From the human T2T-CHM13v2.0 reference genome, Homo sapiens, in NCBI RefSeq assembly GCF_009914755.1, contig NC_060926.1: a stretch of DNA of 64,000 nt; one strand, 5' to 3'. How positions within the stretch are numbered: the stretch's first letter is position 1; every line of letters begins with the position of its first letter. The translations under genes and the position numbers were made by a program. This document shows, one piece after another, positions 25,065-38,901 of the stretch. The notes beneath the pieces are model-generated. The model saw only the letters and a list, made by a program, of their open reading frames with translations, was not told the DNA's origin and did no database searches.

Positions 25065-25366
25065 AGCCAGGCACGGTGGCTCACGCCTATAATCCTAGCA
25101 CACTGGGAGGCCAAGATGGGCGGATCACTTGAGCTCAGGAGTTCGAGCCCAGCCTGGCCAACACAATGAAACCTCGTCTCTACTAAAAATACAAAAATTA
25201 GCTGGGCATGGTGTGCATGCCTGTAATTCCAGCTACTCGGGAGACTGAGGCAGGAGAATTGCTTGAAACCCAGGAGGTGGAGGTTGCAGTGAGCCGAGAT
25301 CGCACCATTGCACTCCAGCCTGGAAGATAAGAGTGAGACGCCGTCAAATAAAAAAAAAAAAAAAAA
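25065..25366 (+). mobile_element. AluS (Sz/Sq-like)
   Basis: Full dimer with poly(A); 13-bp TSD aaagagttggagg at 25051-25063 and 25364-25376. Confidence 0.95.
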
Positions 25367-26140
25367 GAGTTGGAGGAATCCCGATATGCAGGAAAAAGAT
25401 GTATCTGGAAAGCCCTAATAAAGCCCTAATAAAGGAGCCGAGGCCACAAACCAACAGGACATGAAATGCAGGTGGTGAGAAGACCCAAACCAGAGCTGGC
25501 ACCAAAGGACAACGGCTTTCCCCTCCTGCAGGCGTGTCCAGGCAGTCAATGCAGGGCAGGGTGGCCAGCACTGTGACACCCACGGTCATGACGGGATCTG
25601 TGTGGTGGCCTCGTGGAAGGGGCAAGGCAGATGCCTAGGAGAGAGCAAGGGGGGAAATAAGGTCCCAAAGGGAGGGTTGGTCAAAAAGGAAAGGGCTGCA
25701 GAGGGTGCTGTCCTAAGGCAAGGGTGACCTGTGTGCAGTTCCAGAAGAGTTTTGCTACCCGGTCTGTGCAACTGCCTGACTCTGGCGTGAGATGGGGAGA
25801 GCACAGGTGGTGGGGCAGCTGCTGGGAGCAGGTCCCAGGCAGAAGCTGAGGACACGAGAGGGCACAGGAGAGGCTCTTCCTGCCCTGAGGGCTCTGAATG
25901 AAAACTCTAGTATATATGTTGGGGGCTGAGGATCTGCCGGAACCCCAACTCTGAGGGGATGCATGCTCCCTATGCATACCTAGAGCCTCCTCCCCAGGGG
26001 TCTAGAGCTCAGCTCTGCCTGAAGCTTGAGGCAAGGTGGGGGTTGCTAAGCAGCTGGCCCTGGGGGCATCGCCTCAACCACACCCAGGACGCTTGACCAA
26101 GCAGAGGGACTGGTCTCAGGGACTGTGATGGCCGGAGGGA

Positions 26141-26586
26141 TTTTTTTTTTTAATTGTATAATGTCAATAGCTTTAGGGGTACAAGAGGTTTTTGGTTGCA
26201 CAGATGAAGGTACAGTGGTGAAGTCTAAGATCTTAGTGCACCTGTCACCCAAGTAGTGCACATCATACCCAAGGCATAACTTTCCATCCCTCAACCCCGT
26301 CTCCCTCCCCGCCTCTGAGTCTCCAGTGCCCATTATACCACCCTGCATGCCTTTGCATGCCCGTAGCCTTGTGTTCCCACTTATAAGTGAGAACATAAGG
26401 CATCTGGGTTTTTTATTCCTGAGTTATTTCACTTAGAATAATGGCCTCCAGCTTCAACCAAGTTGCTGCAGAAGACATCGTTTCATTCTTTTTCATGGCT
26501 GAGTAGTATTCCATGGTGTACATGCAGCTCTTTATCCCCTCATCAGTTGATGGGCACTTAGGTAGATGCCATATCTTTGCAATTGT
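26141..26586 (-). mobile_element. L1 3' end (L1PB-like), 5'-truncated
   Basis: T-tail followed by caatagctttaggggtacaag...cccacttataagtgagaacat...ttcacttagaataatggcctccag...gctgagtagtattccatggtgta. Confidence 0.9.
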
Positions 26587-26678
26587 TAGAAGGATTTTTT
26601 TAAGCTGTAGCCTGAAGTCTCAAGAGTTTCATGCATTTACAGTGGTGTCTCCCCACGTTCTCTCTGCATTTTCTTCTA

Positions 26679-27052
26679 TGTTATCTCAGCCAGCTCGAAC
26701 TGCAATAACAAAACACCACAGATGGGCGGCTTAAACAGCAGACATGCATTTCTCTGAGTCTGGAGGTTGGAGGTCCAAGATCCAGGTATGAGGCAATTCT
26801 AAGTCTGGTGGGGGCTCCATTCCTGGCTTGACGACAGCGGTGCCTTCTCACTGTGTCCTCACGTGGTGGAGAGAGTGCAGCCCTGCCATCTCCTCCCCTT
26901 CTTCTAAGGACACCAGTCCTATTGGATCAAAGCCCCACCCTCATGGCCCCCTTGGACCTGATTTACTTCCTTAGAACCCTTTCCCCAAATGCAGTCATCC
27001 TGGGGTTTGGGATGTCAATGTGTGGATTCTGGGGAGACAGTTCGGTTTATAG
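26679..27052 (-). mobile_element. MLT1A/B-like MaLR LTR
   Basis: ataacaaaacaccacagatgggcggcttaaacagcagac...tggaggttggaggtccaagatc...cttctcactgtgtcctcac...taaggacaccagtcctattgga. Confidence 0.85.
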
Positions 27053-30000
27053 TGGACAGACATTTTTTCTTAGAAATCTAAGAAAAGAAAACCCTCCCCT
27101 GCCTTCCCACTCCCAGGAGAGGAGCCAGCAGGGGTGAGGCCACCCAGCCCCAGCACACGTCCTGCAGAAGCTGGGGTCCCATGGGCTCTCCCTGGAGAGA
27201 CAGAGAGCTGTCCACACTTGGCAGCCCCAGTCCACACCCTAAGGATGCTGTCTCCACACCTGAGCCGCCCACTGTCCTGCCCCCACCCACCGTGCAAGGT
27301 TTCACATGTCCCGACCTCCCCTTTCTGGCTCTCCTCCCAGCGTCCTCTCTTAAACTTGCAATCTGCAGGTCGTAGGGGTGACGAGTTATGAACCAATCTC
27401 AGAAGAGAGACAGGCAGGGTCACACTTGGGTGGCAGCAGACCACCACCTGCAGAGACCAGGTGGCAGGTCCTTCTGGGAGGTGTGGGACGCACCACCAGG
27501 GGCTTAGGGCATTCCACCTACAAGGTTCTTAGACCCTTATTCATACATGGGGGACGGGCACAGTATTTCTACAGCAATCCACACTTCTGAATTGCCACTG
27601 ATTTCGCCAATGAAAATTAGTTTCAACATATATTATGTCAATTAACAAACTCAACTGCAGGCAGACCACGATGGCAGAGGCTGATGGGCCTGTGGTGGCC
27701 ACTGTGGGGTGAGGCTGCCAGGCCTGGGGAAGAGCTCCCTGACAGTACATTGTGTGTGAGCTGACCTTCCCCCAGGTGTGCTTTACAACCAAAGACGTGT
27801 GTTGTATGTGTCCGTATGCACACACACGCACACAACATCACAGGGATGGACACAAGGTCACAGATGATAAAACCTGCTTCAATGGGGATGTCAGAGAACA
27901 ATTAGAAAACCAAAACCGTCCTGCAGCTAGTCATCACGCCAATCTGTAATAGACAATACATGATCGTTATGTTAATTACTTTCAGGGGTTAGTGTCAATG
28001 TCTTTCTAACTTTCGGCCTCAATGTAGACATAGCTCAGCTGTGTCTACACAGCTGGGCAAGTCCTCCTAGCACCCTGACTTTGAGCTTTCCCTTAGGGGC
28101 TCAGAGCTGTCTTTGCCTCTGAGTCCTTTTTTCTTCTCTCAATCTCCTGTGTGGACTTGAGTCCTGCAAATGATCAAAGCTGGAAGGTCCAGTCTGGAGT
28201 CACTGCAGAGTATGTTGCTCATGCTTCCCCGAGAATTATTTCATAATTGCATTTGCAGTGACCAAGAAGGGGAGGAAACAACAGCTCGGACAATTCAAGC
28301 TTCAAGAATCTCACCCCTGGGAGAGGAGTCATTCCTCCACCCACACTGGCCCACGCCCCGCCCCAGTGGATTTTCCTGCTGGGAAAACAGACCACTTTGC
28401 AAGTTGTTCCTTGGATATTGGAGGTCGGAGGAGGATGGCGAAGACTCTGTACGTAACTAGATGTCCTTAGTTCTTAGACGACCACAGTGACTCAACCGCC
28501 CTCTGCCTCCTGAAGGGCAAGGCTAAGAAGTAAAACAAAACAAAGTAAAAAGCATGCGGGGAGTGCCCTGTCCAGAACCCCCCATGAATGTCTACACTAT
28601 GAGGTAGATTCTCTGCCCAGGAAGGGCCCACGACTTGCTGCCCTTCTCCATGCCAATCTGCACTTTGAGATCACCAAGAGAAATACTGACTATCCCAAGA
28701 CAGATTCAACTGCCAAAGTGAATGGTGTGGACCGCCAAATAAGGTTAAAGGAGACCTCCCAGCCCTGTGCCAAGGACGGGGCACTTCCTCAGGAAGCTGG
28801 TTCCCCTCATCCTCTCAACTTCCACTCTTCTCTCCAGAGCCTGGGTACCTTGAAAGGCATTGATTAAAATAGTTACAGCAGTCTTGCAAGAAAGTATGGT
28901 TAAGAAGTGTAGGATGCCTTATCATATAAGTGAAATTAACCAATGTGCTCAAACTAAACACAGGCATTACAAAGACAGTCAATATTAACACAATGGAAAT
29001 TGCACTTAGGGTCCAGACTTACACATACAGAGCTAGAAATGATGAGTGGTTATCTGTGAACTTAAAATACACAAAAGCATGATATTTGCCCAATAAGTTG
29101 GTGCAATTACACATTGCAAAGAAAATATGTTTAAAGGGGTTATAATAAGGAAGCAGAAAAAAGCCCAAGTTTGTTTTTTTGTATTTAGATTCAAAAATAT
29201 TCAGTGAAACAACAAATATCCTTAGGCAACAACCCTATCCAAGCAGAAGGCAAGCTGTGAGCCCGGCTCAGCGAGAAACACGTTGGAAGCTCCCCCTCCT
29301 CAAGACAATGGGGAAGTAAGATGCCAGCATACAAAACATTTTTCAAATTATCAAAACCAGAACATTTCAGATACAATAAAAGGTGGCATAAGTTGGAAAA
29401 GGATGATAGAGAATGGGGCAATCATTTTCAGTTGGAATGGAGAAGTTCTGACAGAAAAATGTGATATCTGATCTGACTCTGAAAAGGTGGATAGAGTGGG
29501 CAGAGTGTGGAAAGGTACAAACACCAGGAAAGTATTTCTGGGAGCAGAAAGGTGGATTCAAATACCTAGAAGTAAAGAGGAGTCAGGCTTATGGAAGACA
29601 GAAAATAAATTCAAACTACCAAGCAGCCAGCCAGGGGAACCACAGATGCAGCCGCCCAGATTGGCAAAGACAGAGGACAAGGCACTTTAGCCCCAACGAA
29701 AGTTGGTAGGAAAAAGCAACAAAACAAATACATGAAAAAGCAGGCAGGGGTCAGACCCAGAGCATTCTCCAGGCAGGTGGAGTCCTCTCTTCTGCTAGGT
29801 GAAGGGAGAGTGTGGTTGGGGGAGGCCGGACAAGACGGGAGATGATAGCAGGGCAGACAGGCGGTGAAGGGCAGTGGAGGAGGATGAGACAGGGGACCCT
29901 CTGTGAAGGGGAATCTGGAATACCCGACACACTGCAGCATGAGGGTGAGTTAGATAAGCGTCAAAATGCATCAGAAATGCCAAGTGTTCACGATCCGCTG

Positions 30001-30064
30001 GGGTATGTTAGAGCAGGTCTCATGGACAGGAGGAGGAAAGCCGTTGAGTGATATTGGATAAACA

Positions 30065-30426
30065 TGGGTCTTCATCTGTGTGGGCAGTGGTAACAAAGTG
30101 CCCTAGACGAGGGCGTCTAGAAACAACAGACATTTATTGTTCACAGTTCTGGAGGCTGGAAGTCCAAGATCAAGGGGCTGCCAGGGTTGCTGAGAGATGA
30201 GGGCTCCATTTCCAGTTCACAGATGGTGCTTTCTCACTGTGTCCTCACCAATGGGGCAGGTGAGGGAGCTCTCGGGGTCCCTTCTACAAGGGTACTAACC
30301 CCATTTATGAGGGCTTCACCCTCATGACCCCATCACCTCCCAGAGGTCCCAACTTTTCATACTGCTACCTTGAGGGTTAGGTTTCAACATGAATTTGAGG
30401 GAGACACCAACATTCAGACCATAGCA
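30065..30426 (-). mobile_element. MLT1A-like MaLR LTR
   Basis: aacaacagacatttattgttcacagttctggaggctggaagtccaagatcaagg...gtttcaacatgaatttgaggg...aacattcagaccatagca. Confidence 0.88.
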
Positions 30427-30864
30427 ATGTGAGAGGCTTTTCTAAGTTAGATACAATACAATTGGAAGGGAATAATATTATAAAAATCAGGCAAAGAAGC
30501 TAAGATTCTGGAATAAAAGGATGTCTGAATGTTTCATACACATATCTCCCTAGAAGACTTGAAGGCTTATCCTTCCAGGACACAGTTTTTCAGTTTATCT
30601 GGGGCTTTGGTCTCATGGGTCGATAAAGTTTGTGAAGGAATTAGAAGGGAAAAAATTTAAATAAAAATGAAGGGAGGACAATAGTTAAAGAAAAGTCACA
30701 AAGTTTAGGAAAGTCGGCTGAGATAAAGGGTACCTCTGACACTCGATGATGGGAAGGGACCAAATGCATGCGGGTTCCCTCGACCATCAGCACAGTTGCC
30801 TTGGACTAGCGGCCTGTGGTCAGTGGCCTGAATTCAAGGCTGCGAGACACAGATGGAGTGGGTG

Positions 30865-30939
30865 TGGTTCCTATCTGTCCAGATCAGTCAAAGTCGTGCA
30901 CATGGTTCCTATCTGTCAGATCAATCATAGTTGTGGACA
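30865..30939. repeat. ~38-bp diverged tandem duplication
   Basis: tggttcctatctgtc(c)agatca.tca.agt.gtg.aca occurs twice. Confidence 0.8.
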
Positions 30940-32264
30940 TCCTCATGGGAAAATTCACCAGAAGTGAACATAGTGTGGAAACAACGGTGGCTGTTGTGGA
31001 GACAGCTCCTCACGGGGCCCCTGGGGTCTCTGTGCAGGCTGTGGGCAGAGGCACTGAGACCCACTGACCCGCCACTGTCTTTTCAAGTATGTTTGCTTAG
31101 TGTGCAGCCTTGGGAGACACAGATAGTGCTTCCCTCCGGAGAGGAAAAGGCAGGTCCACTCAGCATCCACTGTCATGATGTGTCCCTCCGGGGCAAAGGC
31201 CAGCCAGTCTCCCAATCCATGGTAGGACCCAGATCCCCTGAACTCAAGCTCCTTATCAGTGATGCAAACCCACAGCCACACTCACCTAGGACTTAGGCAA
31301 CAGGGAGAGCAAAACCTCAGACTTTTTATAGTTTTAGCTTTTGACACTAAACACATCAGAATAATTCTGAAAACCAAAGACAAAGAGATAAATCTTTAAA
31401 ATACCGAGAGAAAAATAACACGACACTTTCAAAGAGCCACTTTTAGAGTGTCAGTTGACTTCTCAACAGATAGAAAACAAAAGGCATGTAGTGATGGCCT
31501 TGGAGTGTTTACAGATCGTATATAACAATCCATGCCCAATAAGGATACTTTTCCAAAATGAAGGTGGAAATCAAGATGTTCCCAGACAACCAAAACTCAT
31601 GAACATGAGGCAGGACACTTTTTTTTGGAAGAGTGGAAATGCTAAAAGTAATAAAGAATACACAAAAGGGTAAATATTTGAAGTAAACCTACATAAAGAT
31701 CTAATATTTAAGACAATAATAAAAATGTTTCATGCATTTGAAACATGGGATAAAATGCAAGACAAAGCCCAAAAAGTGAAATAATTTAAATACATAAAAT
31801 GTAAAAGTAATAATTTAGGATAGACTATGTCAATGGTGAATTTTTGGCAAAAAGTAACCATTGAAATAATAGTAAAAATGTTAACTATAAGCTAAGAGGC
31901 AGAAATAGAGAAATAAAAATCTTGATTCGTTCATAAAAAACACAAGGAAGGAGAAAAATGAACATGGGGCAAATAGAAAATAATAGATGGTGGATTTAAA
32001 ATAAAATACAACAGTAATAGTATTAACTGTAAATGGACTAAACATGCTAACTGAAAAACAAAGATTATCTCTCTGGATAAAATAAAAGATCCCATGGTAC
32101 GCTACTTACAACACAGGGGCCAGACCAGTGAAGATGTACTTTAAACCTCAGCACAAAGAAGTAATAGGGTAAAAGGATTGAAGAAGATACACCACAAAGT
32201 TCAAAACCAAACATACCCAACTTTAAAAACTGATATAACTAATGAAGAGAAAAGACAGACTTTG

Positions 32265-32487
32265 CAAGTTTGTCCAACCCACTGCCCATGGGCTGCATGC
32301 GGCCCAGGATGGCTTTGAAAGCAGCTCAAAACAAATTCATAAACTTTCTTAAAACATTATGAGCTTTTTTTTGTGATTTTGGTTTTTTTAACTTATCAGC
32401 TATCACTGGTGTTAGTGTGTTTTATGTGTACCAAGACAATTCTTCTTCCAATGTGGTTCAGGGAAGCCAAAAGATTGGACACCCCTG
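32265..32487. mobile_element. MER30 (hAT-Charlie MITE)
   Basis: Termini caagtttgtccaaccc and gccaaaagattggacacccctg. Confidence 0.9.
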
Positions 32488-33684
32488 CTTTAAAGCAAGA
32501 AGTATTACTAAAGATAAAAAAGGATATTTCATAAAGATAAAAGGTTATTATTATTATTTATAACACTATGTAAAAGGAATAATATGTTAAGCCTAGTAGG
32601 ATTTATTTTACTAATGGAAATGGGTTTTATATTTAAAATTAGTCATAGTAAAGCAACATAAAAACAGAGTAAAAGATAAAAACTATATGAGAATATCAAT
32701 AACTGCAGAAATATTATATAATAAAACAACATCTATTCATGATTCAGACAAAAAGCAATTAAAAAGAAACCTCAGTTAACCATAAGCACAAGGATATTTC
32801 CCAAATATGTCAGAATATTTACAAAACTGCGTATACCTATGCAATAATGGAATACTGAAGACACAACTAAGGAAATTGGAAATGAGACAAGAATTTCCAC
32901 TAACTCCATTTCCTTCAGTATTGTACTAGAAGTACCAACTGAGACAATGAGGTAAGAAAAGGAAATTTAAAAATTAGAGTTAGAAGTAGACAAATAAAAC
33001 CTTCATTATTTATCCAAACAAAAATATTTTGAATGTAGAACTTCAAAACAACTATAACTATTTAAATTAATAAGTTAATTTATTAAGATTGCTGAATATG
33101 AGGTCAACATCCAAAATTCAATTGCATTTCTATATGGTTGCATATCTAGAAAGTGAGATTTTTAAAAAATTACAATACCATAAGAACATCAATACCAAGA
33201 AATAAATCTAACAAAAATGTGCAAAACTTTTATAAAAGACTGAAAAAAAATTATTCAAACTTATTAAAGAAGTTGTACATAAAGACAGGAATATACCATG
33301 TTCACAAACTGGAGGATTAAATGTTAAAATTGTCAAGTGAGCCGAAATTGATTTATAGATTCAATACAATACCAATCAAAACTCCTGCAGGCATTAGTTT
33401 TGTTTTTGGTGGAAATTGACAAGCGGATATTAAGATACATATGGAAAGGCACAGGGGCCAGACCAGCGAAGACCATCTTGACAGACAGCAACTAAGCCGA
33501 GGCATTCATATTACCAGACATCAAGACTACGTTTATCAGCCTATAGCAATTAAAACAGTGTTGATGCAAGGTCAGCAAATCACAGTAGAAATTCCAGAAA
33601 GAGACACACTCACATATACAGTCACTCAATGACAACCAAGGTGAGAGTGCAGGGCCATGGGGAGAAGACACTCTTTCAACTATA

Positions 33685-34396
33685 TGTCATGAAAAGTAAA
33701 ACACAAAATCCTCAGCCCCTGAACTGACTGAACAGCCCTCCTCTTGGCCACGGGGACCCCAGAAAAACCTGAACTGACTTCCTGGCCATGATGGGATGGG
33801 AGGTGGGATGCCCCTCATGACACCCCTCTCTCACCACCACCATTAGGCTTCCTTCCCTAAGGGTTAAAGAGAAACCAGCCCTTTTGGAAGACTTGCTCCA
33901 CTGCTGATTCAACCAACCTCATCACTGACCCTCCCTTTTTACGATCTTGACTCAATAACCAACAGCATTCCTTCCTGACAGGAGACCACTGGCCATGGAA
34001 TGGCTCTGGCCACTCTGCGGGGAATGTGCAGGGAGGGTTTTCATATCCTCTGCTTCACCTTTTGAAGTCAGAGAGCCAAAATCTCCACCCTCAGATCAAA
34101 CTAACACCGCCAGGTTTTGAACATGTGATCCATGGAGAAGCATGAAACTCAGGTGCACGTGTGCATGCCATCTTTTCATAAATATTAATGATTCCTATAC
34201 CTTATTAAGTATGTATATTGGCTGTCCCATTCTGAATAAATTTCTGTCTTATTCTTTCCACCCATGTAGTACCTGTTTCCAGCTTCTGAGTGGAGGCTAC
34301 ACTTCCCAGCCTATAAAAATGGCCACTCTTGCACTCTTCACAAGAAATAAAGCCCTCCTTTCCAAATGTATGAACCTCCTCATTCTTCAGCTGACA
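33685..34396 (+). mobile_element. MER39-like ERV1 solo LTR
   Basis: TG...CA boundaries; aactgactgaacagccctcctcttggccacggggaccccagaaaaacc; AATAAA near the 3' end. Confidence 0.8.
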
Positions 34397-34513
34397 ATCA
34401 CCAGGTCAGCTATGCATGAGTCATAACATTAACCTGAATCCCTGCAATATGATATATTTAAAAATCATTTCCAAGTGACCATTGAACCTGGAAATGAGAG
34501 GTGAAATTATTAA

Positions 34514-34855
<342 letters not shown>

Positions 34856-35587
34856 CATAGGAAAACATCTTAATGTTGATTAAGCTTTCCTAAACAGGAC
34901 ACAAAAAGATTGACAAATAGGACTTGACAAAAATTAAGAACTTCTGTTCAATTAATAAGAGAATAAAAGGCACAAATTGAGAGAAGAAATGTAATATATC
35001 TCTCTATATATAAAATAACTCATATCTAAAATATAAGGGTATATATTCTTATATATATATAAGGATATATATAGGTAATATAAGACATTACAAATCAATA
35101 ACAAATTGAAGATAATTTATTTTAAGTGAGAAAAAGACTTAAGCAAGCACTTCACAAAAGATGTTCAAATGACCAATATGCACATCTGAATGGGCTCGAC
35201 CTCATTAATCATCAAGCAAATGCAAATTAAAACCACCATGAAACACCACTCCTCACTGCCAGAATGCCTGCACTTTAACGCTGCCAACATCACATGCTGG
35301 AAAAGACTTGGACCAGCTGGAACTCTGATCCTTCGCTGGTGAGAATGTAAATCAGTAAAGCCATTAGGGAAACATTTTGACAGTGTCTTATACAGCTGAG
35401 CATGCAGGAATTCTATCACACCCAGCAACTCCACTTCTAGGCAGGTACCCACCTGCAATGCATTCACATGTGCACCAAAAGACTTGTTCATATCCACATT
35501 GCTCGTAATAGCCTAAAACCAAAAACTATCCATCAGTACTTGGTTAAATAAATTGTGGTATATTTAACATGAAATACGACACAACGA

Positions 35588-35588
<1 letters not shown>

Positions 35589-35622
<34 letters not shown>
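35589..35622. repeat. Poly(A) run of ~34 nt
   Basis: Pure A tract within the L1 relic. Confidence 0.9.
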
Positions 35623-35624
<2 letters not shown>

Positions 35625-36203
35625 ATAGATGCCCAAAACCACATGAATGAATCACAGACAGGATATTAAGTGGGAAATGGTACAGACAGAAAACTACGTA
35701 CTGTCTGATTTTATTTGCATGGAGTTCATAAAACGAGGCAAGATGAATCTGTGGTAACGAATGTGCAGCCAGCATTCTGTCTTGACTGAGTGGTTGTTGC
35801 TTGAAGGTGTTAATAAACTGTCCAACTCCACTGGGCTAAAAGCTAAGATTTGCGGGCTTTGCTGTCTAAATGCTGTACTTCAACAGAAAGTTCACCCAAA
35901 GTCCTTATGCTTTGGAGTTTGTAGCATTGAAAATATTCTCTTCTTTTAGCGGGAACAAACTTTTCTCACAAAAGAAACCCAATAAATATCTCTCCAAAAG
36001 AAGTTTAAAATCAAAGCGAACGGAGGGAATGAATAAACCAAGCAGAGGCCAGTTCTCCTCTTGGGTGGTTCGTGACAACCATTTCACCCCCAGAATCCTG
36101 ACAATGCCATGCTCTTTCGGGGATTTCTAATGGCGGCAGCTTTAGGCTTTTCCTCAAGGGATCCTATGAGATTCCTGGAGGTGGGACTGTGCTGCGGCAG
36201 CTG

Positions 36204-38312
36204 TGGATCCTCCCACAGTGAAGGGGGCTTCCTGCAACGGCCTCACAGCAATCCATGGATCCTTCCCACAGTGAAGGGGGCTTCCTGCAGCGGCCTCACA
36301 GCAATCCATGGATTCTTCCCACAGAGAAGGGGGCTTCCTGCAGTGGCCTAACAACAATCCATGGATGCTTCCCACCGTGAAGGGGGCTTCCTGCAGCGGC
36401 CTCACAGCAATCCATGGATCCTCCCACAGTGAAGGGGGCTTCCTGCAGCGGCCTCACAGCAATCCATGGATCCTCCCACAGTGAAGCGGGCTTCCTGCAG
36501 CGGCCTCACAGCAATCCATGGATCCTTCCCACAGTGAAGCGGGCTTCCTGCAGCGGCCTCACAGCAATCCATGGATCCTCCCACAGTGAAGGGGGCTTCC
36601 TGCAGCGGCCTCACAGCAATCCATGGATCCTTCCCACAGTGAAGGGGGCTTCCTGCAGCGGCCTCACAGCAATCCATGGATCCTCCCACAGTGAAGGGGG
36701 CTTCCTGCAGCGGCCTCACAGCAATCCATGGATCCTCCCACAGTGAAGGGGGCTTCCTGCAGCGGCCTCACAGCAATCCATGGATCCTTCCCACAGTGAA
36801 GCGGGCTTCCTGCAGCGGCCTCACAGCAATCCATGGATCCTTCCCACAGTGAAGCGGGCTTCCTGCAGTGGCCTCACAGCAATCCATGGATCCCTCCCAC
36901 AGAGAAGGGGGCTTCCTGCAGCGGCCTCACAGCAATCCATGGATCCTTCCCACAGTGAAGGGGGCTTCCTGCAGCGGCCTCACAGCAATCCATGGATCCT
37001 CCCACAGTGAAGGGGGCTTCCTGCAGTGGCCTCACAGCAATCCATGGATTCTTCCCACAGAGAAGGGGGCTTCCTGCAGTGGCCTAACAACAATCCATGG
37101 ATGCTTCCCACCGTGAAGGGGGCTTCCTGCAGCGGCCTCACAGCAATCCATGGATCCTCCCACAGTGAAGGGGGCTTCCTGCAGCGGCCTCACAGCAATC
37201 CATGGATCCTCCCACAGTGAAGCGGGCTTCCTGCAGCGGCCTCACAGCAATCCATGGATCCTTCCCACAGTGAAGCGGGCTTCCTGCAGCGGCCTCACAG
37301 CAATCCATGGATCCTCCCACAGTGAAGGGGGCTTCCTGCAGCGGCCTCACAGCAATCCATGGATCCTTCCCACAGTGAAGGGGGCTTCCTGCAGCGGCCT
37401 CACAGCAATCCATGGATCCTCCCACAGTGAAGGGGGCTTCCTGCAGCGGCCTCACAGCAATCCATGGATCCTCCCACAGTGAAGGGGGCTTCCTGCAGCG
37501 GCCTCACAGCAATCCATGGATCCTTCCCACAGTGAAGCGGGCTTCCTGCAGCGGCCTCACAGCAATCCATGGATCCTTCCCACAGTGAAGCGGGCTTCCT
37601 GCAGTGGCCTCACAGCAATCCATGGATCCTTCCCACAGAGAAGGGGGCTTCCTGCAGCGGCCTCACAGCAATCCATGGATCCCTCCCACAGAGAAGGGGG
37701 CTTCCTGCAGCGGCCTCACAGCAATCCATGGATCCTTCCCACAGTGAAGGGGGCTTCCTGCAACGGCCTCACAGCAATCCATGGATCCTTCCCACAGTGA
37801 AGGGGGCTTCCTGCAGCGACTCTCACAGCAATCCATGGATCCTCCCACAGTGAAGCGGGCTTCCTGCAGTGGCCTCACAACAATCCATGGATCCTTCCCA
37901 CAGTGAAGGAGGCTTCCTGCGGGGACTCTCACAACAATCCATGGATCCTTCCCACCGTGAAGGGGGCTTCCTGCAGTGGCCTCACAGCAATCCATGGATG
38001 CTTCCCACAGAGAAGCGGGCTTCCTGCAGCGACTCTCACAGCAATCCATGGATCCTCCCACAGTGAAGCGGGCTTCCTGCAGCGGCCTCACAGCAATCCA
38101 TGGATCCTCCCACAGTGAAGCGGGCTTCCTGCAGCGGCTCTCACAGCAATCCATGGATGCTTCCCACAGTGAAGGGGGCTTCCTGCAGCGGCCTCACAGC
38201 AATCCATGGATCCTCCCACAGTGAAGGAGGCTTCCTGCAGCGGCTCTCACAGCAATCCATGGATCCTCCCACAGTGAAGGAGGCTTCCTGCAGCGGCTCT
38301 CACAGAAATCCA
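36204..38312. repeat. 52/53-bp VNTR, ~40 copies
   Basis: tggatcct(t)cccacagtgaagggggcttcctgcagcggcctcacagcaatcca; 736-bp higher-order duplication. Confidence 0.98.
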
Positions 38313-38857
38313 AATAAGCAGCCTGTGGTTTACCGAGAGCCGTTTCACAACCACACTTTCACTCCATTGCTGCCTTCTCCATGAATTTAGCAAACCATGA
38401 AGACTATACTTTCTCATACCCCATTTTCTGCTCTCTCTCTCCCACCTGCCTTCCTTCTTAGCAAAGCTGCCCTGCCAGTTCCCAACAATGGAATTCCCAG
38501 CTGGTAGATTAAGAGATTGCCAGAATGGCTGAGGCCAACGCTCCTCAGCCATCTCCTCCTTCAAACCCTGCAAACCCATAAGATCTCAGCACAGAATCCA
38601 CTTTATTAAAACCAGAAAGTTTCCGTCACTAACTCTTAACACTCGTTGAGACAGGCAATAACACAATCAGCTTGGCCACGTCATCCTGTAGGATGGAGTC
38701 TGTCCTCGCAGACTGGGATTTCCAAGTTCTTCCTAACAGCCATATTTTTTTTTCCTGTTTGCAAAACTCGGAGATCAGTGAAGCCTTTTCACCAAATATG
38801 ATAGCTTGTTTCTTAGGAATCTTCTGTCACTCATGGGGACTTTTCTGACTGATTAAC

Positions 38858-38868
38858 AAAAAAAAAAA

Positions 38869-38899
<31 letters not shown>

Positions 38900-38901
38900 C
38901 A
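38858..38901. repeat. Compound A(n)(CA)n microsatellite
   Basis: ~28 A followed by ~8 CA. Confidence 0.9.
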
